Part shown: positions 20,401-30,476 of the stretch, one piece after another | How the letters are laid out: every line of letters begins with the position of its first letter | Position numbering within the stretch: position 1 is the stretch's first letter | DNA from: Utricularia gibba | Taxonomy: Eukaryota > Plantae > Magnoliophyta | Assembly: GCA_002189035.1 (NCBI GenBank) | Contig: NEEC01000166.1 | Span: forward strand, 1-30,476 | DNA length: 30,476 bases | Direction: 5' to 3' | Notes under the pieces: model-generated | Database searches by the model: none | What the model was told of the DNA's origin: nothing | Seen by the model: only the letters and a program-made list of their open reading frames with translations | Made by a program: the position numbers and the translations under genes

Positions 20401-23400
20401 CTCCCCCCCCCCCCCCCAAGATTGAGATCTTCCAACTTGAGAAAGCCTTCCATAGTCATGAGATTCATGTTCTTCCTTGCTAGCTCAAATTGAACTATGT
20501 TCAAACCTTTGGTAAGCCCATCAGCAAGCTGATTCCCACTCTCAACATACTGCACTTTGATCTTCTTTTCCTTGATGTAATTCCTTATGACATGATACCT
20601 TATTCTTATGTGTTTGGCTTTGCTGAAATTTGTTGGATCCTTGGCAATGGAGATTGCAGCTCGATTATCCATAAGTAGATGTGTAGCTTCCTTTTGTATG
20701 AATCCAAGTTCGTTCAACATCTATCTCAACCAAACACATAGTTCGAAGCATGTGCTGCTGAGATGTATTCTGCTTCAGCTGTTGATTGTGCTACCACCTT
20801 TTGTTTCTTCGAAAACCAACTACAAGGCTCTTATTTAAGAAGAAGAGTGCACCATATGTACTCTTGCTATCTTCAGGCATAGCATAATCACTATCTGTGT
20901 AGGCTCTAAGTTTCAAGACTGGTTTTTCACCTTCATAGGGATAGAACAATCTGAAATCAGTAGTAGATTTTATGTACCTGAAAGCTCTTTTCACAGCTGC
21001 CATATGAGTTGTTGTTGGTTTGTTGAGAAAGTGAGATAATACATTTACACAAAACATAGGTCAGGCCTTGTATACTGGAGATAGATGAGGCTTCCAATCA
21101 TACTTCTATAAGTAGTAGCATCCACATTCCTTCCCTGATTGTTTTCTCCAATCACCTGTTTGTAATCCAAGGAGGTTTTTGAAGGATTGACATCTTTGAA
21201 TCCAAACCTCTCAAGGAGTTCATTACAGTACTTCTTCTGAGATATGAATGTTCCAACACCTGCAAGTTGATGAATTTCATGCCTAGATAGTAGGACATTA
21301 TTCCAAGGTCAATTATCTTAAATTCATTTTTTAGCAGAGCTTTGAATTCTTCTATCTTCCTTTCATCACCTGAGGTAATCATAAGATCATCCACAAATAG
21401 GCTAACAAATAAACGCTCATCTCCTTTTCCTTTAACATACAGTGAGTAATCACTATATGTTTTTCTGAAACCAATACCCTGGAGAAAGTTATCCATGCGT
21501 TCATTCCATGCTCTAGGAGCTTGTTTCAACCCATAGAGAGATTTCTTTAGCTTCAATATTTTGTCTTCATGACCTGACACTTCAAAGCCCTTTGGTTGTT
21601 CAACAAAAACAACCTCCTCCAACACACCATTCAAAAACGCAATCTTCACATCCATGTGATGCACTTTCCATCCATGAGCAGCTGAAATGGCAACGAGTAC
21701 TTTAATCGTGTCAAATCTTGCTACTGGTGCAAAAATCTCATGAAAATTTATTCCTTTGATCTGACTATATCCTTTGGCTTCTAATCTAGCCTTATATTTG
21801 TTAACAAAGCCATCTGCATTCATCTTGGTTTTGAATAACCACTTGAGGCCAATAGGTTTGAAACCCCTATCCTTGAGTTTATCAACTAACTCCCATGTTT
21901 CATTTTCAAGTATAGAATTCATTTCTTCCTTCATGGCATCTCTCCATATCGGATTTTGTACACCCACTCCAAATGATGTTGGATCTCCTGTCAATAATCC
22001 AGCCAAAATATCAGCTATAGCATCTTGAACATCATCATTCAATTGCGTTTCTTTCCTTGCCAATCACGATCAGATGGGTAATAATCTTCATCATCAATAT
22101 AAGGTTCCTCTCCATCAGATTCATCTGTTGATAAGTCTTCTGCATTCGTCCCTTGCTCCTCTTCTGGGACTTCGAAATTCCCATCTGAATATTGACCATT
22201 GGTCTGATGTGATTGTTCATATAAGGGTTCTAAGATTGATCCTAAATTCTCATTGGGTGAGTCGTCTTCATTTGTGACCTTCTCCTCTTCTGGAGGTAGG
22301 AAATTCTCATCTGAATACTGATCATTTACTTGATTTGAATCTTCATGAAAGAGTTCAGAAGTTGATTTTGAGTTCTCATTCACCTGTATATTTTCAATTC
22401 CATCTTCACTTTCTTGGTTTGTTGAATTCTTGGAAGAGATATTTTGAGGCATGTGTGTCCAAAGGTCAACTTTCACGTGAGTGTTATGCCCTCCAAGATT
22501 TTTATGAGCTTTTGCATCATTTAGAAAAATGCAATCATCAATCAAAGTGTACTTTGTACCTTTATCAAAAGAGACATTATGACTAAAGATGAATTTCTTC
22601 TGGTCAAGTATATAAACTTTATATCCCTTGGTAGTGTTGCTATAACCAACAAATACACTAAATATAGATTTCTTATCAAGTTTTCCTTGTTTTTTATCTA
22701 GTACATGAGTAAAACATAAACTACCAAAGATTCTGACATGATCAACTTTTTTAATATAACCATGCCATTTTTCATGAGTAGTTTTTCCACTAGTCGCCTT
22801 GGAAGGAAGCAAGTTCAATAGATATACAGATATAGATACCGCTTCAACTCAGAAATTTACAGGAAGCAAACAATAGGCATCTTGACATATCAAGAATTGT
22901 TTTGTTTCTCCTTTCACATATGCCATTCTATTGTGGAGAATATGGTACTGTGAATTGATGAATGATTCCCTCATTTTCACAGAACATTCTTATGCTATTA
23001 TTGTAACCTCCATGTTTAACCTAATCATCTTTAAGGAGCATCCACTCTGATTCTCAGTCATCACTTTGAATTTTCGAAAGATATGAGGAACTTATGGCTT
23101 GCTTTTAAGAAAGTAAACCCAACAATAACGTGAATCATCAATGAATGTAACAAAATATCTACTCTCCCCAATAAACATTCCTTAAATGTTCCACAAACAT
23201 CTGAATGCACAAGTTCTAATTTCTCCTTTGCTACTGAATCACTGGAATAAAATGACTTTCTACAACATTTACCTTGATGGAACACTTCACATATGGCATC
23301 AGCAAACTTGATGTCTTTCAATTCCAGTACTTCCTTATTCTTCTGCAATATTTTCAAATTGTTGAAGCTATAGTGCCCAAAACATTTGTGCCAAAGGCTG

Positions 23401-24967
23401 CTTTGATCCTCAAGTGAGAAAAAAACACTTATATGATCAATGACCATGATTTGGTAGAGGTTGTAGGTGGTCAACACAGCATGGAATTCAATCTTCATTT
23501 TTGGATCAGCAACTTTAACTTTAGAGGTTATACCACCAGCATCCTTCATCAGCTCAATGCCAAAACCTTGCCTGCTCAATTGGCCAAAGCTCAATAGGTT
23601 CTGTTTGAGGTTTGGTGAATAATAAACATCATCAACTTGAACAATTCCTTCTTTTAGCATGAGTAAAAGGCTTCCTTTGCCCACAATGCCAATATTTTCA
23701 CCAGTGCACGTGCTTACCTCCTTCCCAATCTTTTCAAACTAGAGAAATGATCTTGTATCACAACATACATGATAGACGTGCCAGAATCCAAGTACCAGCC
23801 TTTAGCATATGAGACTACTGTCATTAGAGCACACTCATAATCACAAGAATCTTCAAAAGATATTTCTGACTTGTCTTCAAAATAGGTAAAGGATGCATGT
23901 GATTTTTCATCCTTGGAAGTAGTCTTCTTGTTATGATCAACTTTGATTGGATTTGACATTCCACATACCTTGTCAAGGTGGCCTCTTTGATTGCATTTCG
24001 TGCACAAAGCATCAGGCTTCCCATTCCATCAACAAAACTCACTCCTATGATTCTGTTTGTTGCAATGCTTGCAAGCATTTTTGCTTAAAGTCCAACAATG
24101 TTCACTCTTGTGGTTGGATTTATTACAATGCCTGCACTTCTGATTACCCATGATTGAAGTTGGGATTGACGTTGGTGATTGTTTGATGGCTGTTGACTTG
24201 ACATCCTTGACATTGTTTGTTGCACTTGAGTTTATATTCATATTCTGCATTTTGGTGAGGAGAGTAGCTTCACCATAGGATTTCTCAACCTCATAACATC
24301 TCTTAGTTTCAATCTCTTTTCTGTAGATTGTAACTCAATCATGAATTTTCTAAATGTTGGCTCTGGTGTAACAGGATATTCAGGATACAGTTGATGGAGC
24401 TTTTCTTCAATAATGTCAAGGATTTTTCTTTCTATCTCAGGTGCATATAACTTTGGCTCAAATCTTGCAGGTAGGCTCATGATTGCCTTACTTATCACCT
24501 TTTTATCTTCAAGTTTTTTCCTCAATCCTCAAATCTCCTTCACAAGCTTCACAGTACGTTCATAATATACTTGTATGGTTTCATTGTCTAACATTTTATT
24601 CTTTTCAAAGTCTTCCAGCTTGTTTTTGCATATTATCTCTCTGAGTTTGACATCATCATCATAATGGGATTTGAGAGTATCCCATATTTCTTTCGTTGAT
24701 TGACACTCTGCAATATCATCAAATAGATGTTCAAAAATGGCTTGATATAAGGCATCCATTGCTTTATCTTTTCTCTGTTGAAGATACTCAGCTTCCTCTT
24801 GCTGTTTTTGATGTAGATTTGATTGTTATTGTAATAGTCGATATCTCCATTTCAACAACATCCTAAATCTTTCTGACTCGAAGATAGCTATGCATCTTTT
24901 TAACCCAACTTCCATACTCAGAACCATCAAATATTGGAGGCCCCCTACGAGATGCCATCATGGCCAT
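20370..24967 (-). pseudogene. Copia gag-pol polyprotein, degenerate
   Basis: MAMMASRRGPPIFDGSEYGSW; KEIWDTLK; CCHC knuckles; PR WYLDSGTS; GAG-pre-INT LWHKCFGH; INT LELVHSDVCG and PYSPQ*NGICERRNKT; RT WRDAMKEEM...KARLEAKGYSQ...HHMDVK...LYGLKQAPRAW...FVDDL; RH AYTDSDYA. Multiple stops and frameshifts. Confidence 0.95.
20401..20420 (-). other. Polypurine tract of the Copia element
   Basis: G15-AG on the minus strand, directly before the 3' LTR. Confidence 0.85.
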
Positions 24968-25067
24968 CGTTTGACAACTTCGGGTTGATACTTGGCAAAC
25001 CGCTAAGTGAAAAAAGGCTAAATGGTAAATAAAATACTGAAACGAACACAAGTTTGAGAACCTTACT

Positions 25068-25079
25068 TCTCTGATACCA
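25068..25079 (-). other. Primer binding site, tRNA-iMet
   Basis: TGGTATCAGAGA on the minus strand directly after the 5' LTR (canonical TGGTATCAGAGC). Confidence 0.9.
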
Positions 25080-25380
25080 TGTTAATGCAAGAAAGATAGA
25101 GTTTTGGGAAGGAACAAAGGGATAATTCTTATGAGATTACTTTGGATGAAAAACGACTATGAACAATAAAAATGATTGAAAACCTAATTCACACCTATTT
25201 CTAGTAGGATTTATACATATCCAATATCTAGATTACCCAATAATGGGTCACAATCATTAAAAACACACAAAAAACCCAATAATTTGAACTCAACATCTTT
25301 TTAACTGAAACATGACTTTATAACATAAGGTTAGTCTTTCCAATCAACTTCAAACTTTGAATTGAAGCTGATCTCTAACA
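25080..25380 (-). repeat. 5' LTR of the Copia element (301 bp)
   Basis: TG..CA, adjacent to the PBS and the TSD. Confidence 0.95.
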
Positions 25381-26052
25381 ACATATTGATTGGTATTTAA
25401 GAACAAATTAAAATCTTCAAAGATTGATTTTATTTTTTATACAAATATTTATTTTATTAAAATTAATTATTTTTTATTATAAAAAACCAGAAATCTTACC
25501 TCGATTTATTAAGCATTTATTTATGTCACAAATTTTAAAATTTGTATCAACATATATTTATCAGATATATAACTATTATTTTGATAAAAAAAAAACGTAA
25601 TTAGTCATATTACATATTACATACTTGAAAATTTGAAAATGAAATATATGTTTTTTATTAAATTTGCAAAGTTATTTAAAATTAAAAAATATTTTTATTA
25701 AAATTTAAATGATGATTTTTTATAAATCAAAATGCATATTAATATGTTTATTTGAAGTATTAAATGTATTAATATTATTTATAATAATGCTGAAAATTGA
25801 GGTATTTTGTAAAAAAGTACAGTATATCATTAAAATGTTAGATACTTCACGAATTTTCGGGATACTAAATCCGAACGTTGAATGCTGGTAACCCTCCCGG
25901 CCACGCGCCACCGTAAGCCGGCCTTCTCTGAGCCAAAAACAGAGAGCTCGTCTGACGAACCTTGACCTTCTTGATTATTATGTAATCGAATGCCCTAGGA
26001 TTCCGACCTTCAATTCACTAGCATGAGTTACACTTGAATTTTGAGTGTGCGC

Positions 26053-26065
26053 GGGTTTAGGGTTT
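26053..26065 (-). promoter_or_regulatory. Telo-box (AAACCCTAAACCC) upstream of the MRE11 ATG, probably inside a 5' UTR intron
   Basis: GGGTTTAGGGTTT on the + strand; acceptor-like CCTTTGATTTCAG ends at 26125, 13 nt before the ATG. Confidence 0.5.
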
Positions 26066-26138
26066 ATGAAAACTGTAACTCGAGTGTTTTTTAACCGGAA
26101 TTACGTCTTCGACCTTTGATTTCAGTGATGTTCATTTT

Positions 26139-29100
26139 ATGGGAGGTGATGGAAATATGCTGCGTATTTTAGTTGCTACGGATTGCCATCTGGGCTACAT
26201 GGAAAAGGACGAAATCCGCGGGAATGATTCGTTCCAGGCGTTTGAGGAGATATGCTCTATCGCGGAGCAGAATGAGGTACCTGAAGATTCTTCATTTATT
26301 GTTTCATGGGATTTCTTAAATGAAATTCTGCATTTCTAGGTTGATTTCGTACTTCTTGGAGGCGATATTTTCCATGAGAACAAGCCTTCAAGATCAACTT
26401 TGGTCAAGGCGATCGAAATCCTGCGTCACCATTGTCTCAATGATAAGCCGGTCCGGTTCCAAGTTGTCGCGACCAGACTATAAACTTTCCCAACTCGTAA
26501 TCCTTATTCTCTTTGTTAGCTCGTAAGGATTTTCATGATTTACTTCAGTGAATTATGAATTTAGTACAGTGTGTCATATGTTGAATAATCTGAATAGATG
26601 TATGCACTCCTGCTGTTAAGATAAAATCATCTATGTGCAGTTTTGGCCAAGTGAACTATGAAGATCCGCATTTCAATGTCGGATTACCGGTTTTCAGCAT
26701 ACATGGGAATCATGATGATCCTGCTGGAGTGGTATGAACTGTATGATAAACCAACTGTTTTCTTATCCCTATAGCCTATGATGACATTGTGTTCGATATG
26801 TGTTCATTGTAAGCTTGTTAGTACTAGGATTTTCATGATGGGGTTGATCAAAAAGAATAGTTTATTTTTGCGGCTGTACCTACTCATTTCAGATACGAGG
26901 ATACCCTGTTGTTATCATATAACCATGAGTGTGAAGCTCTATGTGAGATTTGCTCGATATGTTTTGAATGTTGTCAATTGTCTATGTAGGACAATCTTTC
27001 GTCTATTGATATTCTGTCAGCATGTAATCTAGTTAACTACTTTGGAAAAATGGCCCTTGAAGGTTCCGGTGTTGGGCAGATAACTCTTCACCCCATCCTT
27101 ATAAGAAAGGTTTTAAAACTGGAGTTTCCAATTAATTTTATTCAATTCACTATCATATATATTAATCCTTGCTTTTTTTTTCTATGCAAGGGTTCGACAT
27201 CCATTGCTTTATATGGCCTTGGAAATATACGAGATGAACGTTTGAACAGAATATTCCAGGTTTTATTACCTGTCGTTGTTATTACCTTGATGTAGCTCTC
27301 TCATTCTGTTTTTCTATGGAAACTAGACCCCTCATGCAGTTCAATGGATGCGGCCCATGGATGAGGAAGATTGTCAAGTTTCAGAATGGTTTAACATGCT
27401 GGTACTTCATCAGAATAGGTGATAAGTGGTGCTCATCTTGTACTGGAACACAATTCTTTATGGCCATAGCTCATCTATAGTCTCCACATTTTTAAAACAT
27501 TCAGTGAAGTTCTGGATCCCCATTTTTTTTCATTTCAGAGTAAAGGCGAATCCAAAAAATGCAATCAATGAGCATTTTCTCCCCCGTTTTCTAGACTTTG
27601 TCGTCTGGGGGCATGAACATGAGTGTCTCATTGATCCCCAGGTTTCAATATGTTGAGTTTCGTTTTTGAGGTTCTTATGGATTGTTTTCTTCTATTTGAT
27701 GAGTTTGTTCCTGCAGGAAGTTCCTGGAATGGGTTTCCACATCACGCAACCAGGATCTTCTGTGGCAACATCGCTTATTGAGGGTGAATCAAAGCCAAAA
27801 CATGTGCTTATTTTGGATATTAAGGTTGGACTTCATGATTCATTCAAGCCTTTCTCATATAATTCTGCCTTCATGTCTCTCATACATCGACATTATGTAC
27901 CAGGGGACTCAGTATAAGCCACACAAGATACCTCTCAGGTCTGTGAGGCCTTTTGAATATGCAGAGGTAGCATCGTTGTATTTCAGGTTGATATCGTACT
28001 TCAGATTATGTAATAAATTTATGATATGTAGGTAGTTTTGAAGGACGAAACAGATGTTGACCCGAAAGATCAAAATTCCATTCTTGAGCACTTGGATAAA
28101 GTTGTAAGAAAGTTGTATTTGGTACTTTGCATCGGGGTTTTGGTGATGGATATCTAGATTTTAGAATGGATGGAGTGGCTTCAGAAGGCAAAGTTAGGTG
28201 CTGCTGTTGCTTAACATATTGGGATAGCCAATATGTGATAACAGTGTTCAGTTGGATTTGCCTGATGATTTAGGATAAAACTATTGGTGGATGATAGTCA
28301 TGTCATATTTGGAGCTGAAGCCACCATTGTGGGAAGCTTTGCTTTTGAAATTGTTGTTTTCCATGACATGATCTCTTCCCTTATTATATCTGTTAATCAA
28401 GTTTGTGCATTACCTCGTATTTTTACCTTTAACTAAAACATCTCATTCATTCAGGCTGAGAATTTGATAGAGAGGGCTAATCAAAGGTCAGTGGAGAAAT
28501 CTAATCTCAAGCTTCCAATAGTTAGGATCAAGGTAAATTTCTCTCTATTTTATTGGATTTATTTTCTTGAATAATTGTTGCATCTCATTTTGCTTTTGAA
28601 TCAAATAGGTGGATTACTCAGGATTTATGACAATAAATCCACAAAGATTTGGGCAAAAATATGTCGGAAAGGTATGCAAATTTTGTCCTCTCCTACATTT
28701 TATTACTGAAAAGTAACTGCCAATGTCCTCTGCTTTAAAACTGTAGGCAAATCCTCAGGATATTCTTATATTTTCTAAATCTAAGAAGGTGCACAGTGAA
28801 GGTAAGTTTTAGTGTCTTGGATGATCTGATTTTCTTATATTATACATATTTACATTGTTCGATGGGTGTACAAGACAAAAAGCGAAATATGATTGATTAT
28901 GTAATGTTTCCGATGGAAAAGTGCTGTTTTGATCTTCACTAGATAAAAATGGTGACTCTGAAAAGCTACGGCCAGAAGAGCTGAATCAGCAAAATATTGA
29001 AGCCTTAGTGGCTGAGAGTAATCTGGTATGGTATATTCAATCTCATTTATTGCCGCTGAATTCTAGCATCTGTCAAATCTGCAACTTCTTGGAGTTCGTC

Positions 29101-30312
29101 TTTCGCAGCAAAATGTGAAATCATATTTTTGCCTTGTTTCTCCAATACTTCCATGTATTTTACTGTGATGGGAGGGGGCTTTCCCTTTGTCACGTCTGAG
29201 GTTACAAGAAGTGTGAGTTAGCTAGCTTACCCATGGTGCTGCAACAATCTTCAAATCAAAACTGAAAATTATTCTCACGGGACTTTCTTTATTATGATCC
29301 ACTTCCTGATAAACTTCGTTTGTATCATTCTCAGAAAATGGAAATACTCCCTGTCAATGATTTGGACGTTGCTTTACACAATTTGTCAATAAGGATGACA
29401 AAATGGCTTTCTATTCGTGTTTGCAATACAACCTTGAAGAAACTCGTGTAAGTGATGCAGTTTTAGTTCAGTTTATTGCAGTTTTCTTTTTCTCATTCTC
29501 GGTAGCTTTGGTAGCTTGATTTTTATTTTTTGTTCCAAACTTCATAGGTGCAAGTTCTCCTTTAGTACGTTAAGATAGTGGATTTCATTCATCCTGCAGA
29601 ATAAAATTGATTGGAATCCAGATGTTGATAAGTTTGAAGAGGAAGACCTTATTGTCAAAGTTGGAGAGTGCTTGGAGGTAATGACTTTTCCCTAAAAAGA
29701 TAAGAATTGCAATTTTTTTTGGACCTTCCTGATAATTTAGCCCTTGCGCCATTTCAAGTTAACGTAACTCGACGTGAATGAACCCAAAGTTTTTGGAAAA
29801 TGTTACAGTATCGAAGTGGATTTATTCCTCTGGCTGATGGCAGTGCTACCTTATTCAGCTCCTTCGTCAGCCTCTTTCAGACATGCCTTGATTTAAAATG
29901 TGATGATTTTCAGGAAAGAATCAGGAACAGAGCTCTCAAGCCACAAGATCGGCAAAGCTCTGCTCCTTGTAAACCCTCCTCAGAGGTGCCAGATTGTTAT
30001 TCTCATGAGCAGGTTCCTTGATTGCTGTTATCTAACGTATTGCATTGGATTTTTTTTTTTTTTATGATTCTAGAACATAAGGACTGTAGAAGGGGCTGGG
30101 ACTGCCAATGATTTTTTGGAGATGAGGGTGCTTCCCTGGTTCCGTTTCAGTCAGAAAGGGCACATCCCAGACTTTAATGTCCTCTCTTGACATTCCAAAA
30201 GCTGGTAAGGTTACTGGAAAGGAAGGGGTAGAGGGAGAAGAAGGGGCAAGGCCACCGAGACTCTAAAGCAAACTACCTTAGATGCCTCCTCGGGTTTCAG
30301 TCGTTCACAAAG
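26139..30312 (+). CDS. MRE11: Double-strand break repair nuclease MRE11 (3' end beyond the window; frameshifted as given)
   Basis: Motifs [80 protein letters not shown] exons: 26139-26276, 26340-26496, 26641-26731, 26990-27109, 27191-27259, 27327-27418, 27539-27641, 27717-27824, 27904-27966, 28032-28103, 28455-28532, 28609-28671, 28747-28801, 28943-29025, 29335-29447, 29600-29677, 29914-29985, 30074-30312. Exons 2 and 15 are each 1 nt short and exon 18 has in-frame stops. Confidence 0.96.
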
Positions 30313-30476
30313 GTCTGTTTGGTTTGTGAAAATGGCCAGTTTTCTTCTTGATATCCATCAAGCCTTCCTGTTTCATGGGTTTCTTCTCAGAAAATGATTT
30401 TTCCATTTTGATATAATTATCAAAAAAGTTAAGGCAGAACCTTGTAGCTTCTAATAACTGATGCAGACTCACTGTA

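Larger units (their letters stand above)
20099..25380 (-). mobile_element. Full-length degenerate Ty1/Copia element (Ivana/Ale-like), 5282 bp
   Basis: LTRs 25080-25380 and 20099-20400, TSD ACATA at 20094-20098 and 25381-25385, Met PBS, PPT, gag-PR-INT-RT-RH order. Lineage call is less certain than the superfamily call. Confidence 0.95.

Noticed and set aside
28260-28325. Intronic C/D snoRNA in MRE11 intron 10 (TGATGA...CTGA)
   Set aside because: Imperfect C box, short span, no terminal stem and no recognisable rRNA guide.
29800-30021. 73-aa stand-alone ORF
   Set aside because: Intron sequence read into MRE11 exon 17.
1-30476. CRISPR array, rRNA/tRNA genes, hammerhead ribozyme (retrozyme) or prokaryotic-type system
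   Set aside because: No regularly spaced repeats, no rRNA/tRNA sequence I could recognise, and no CTGATGA...GAAA core in a paired context. The window is explained by plant TEs and one spliced gene.

Overview
Eudicot-type plant nuclear DNA. About 25 kb of nested, decayed LTR retrotransposons (1-25380) is followed by the 5' part of an intron-rich MRE11 gene (ATG 26139, 18 exons traced, continuing past the window end). Nesting, supported by TG..CA termini, 5-bp TSDs and host frames that rejoin: an old Athila-like gag-PR remnant (13479-16545, -) holds an Angela-type solo LTR (14552-16005, TSD ATTTC) and a Tat/Retand Ty3 element (<1-13478, -). The Tat element holds an internally deleted Athila element with an env-like ORF (151-5490, TSD ATGAT) and a truncated Angela LTR (9675-10801, +). 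To the right are a Tat-family solo LTR (18972-19506, TSD AATAC) inside an AT-rich foldback, and a full-length degenerate Ivana/Ale-like Copia element (20099-25380, TSD ACATA). I found no evidence for a wholly new biological system. Best leads: (i) several 1-nt deletions in an otherwise well-conserved MRE11, mostly in homopolymers, so either assembly error or recent pseudogenisation; (ii) a duplicated antisense module in the Retand 3' region whose divergence follows codon position; (iii) a three-zinc-knuckle Copia Gag; (iv) a foldback element split by a solo LTR. All alignments and counts were made by hand; lineage names rest on recalled family motifs, not database searches.
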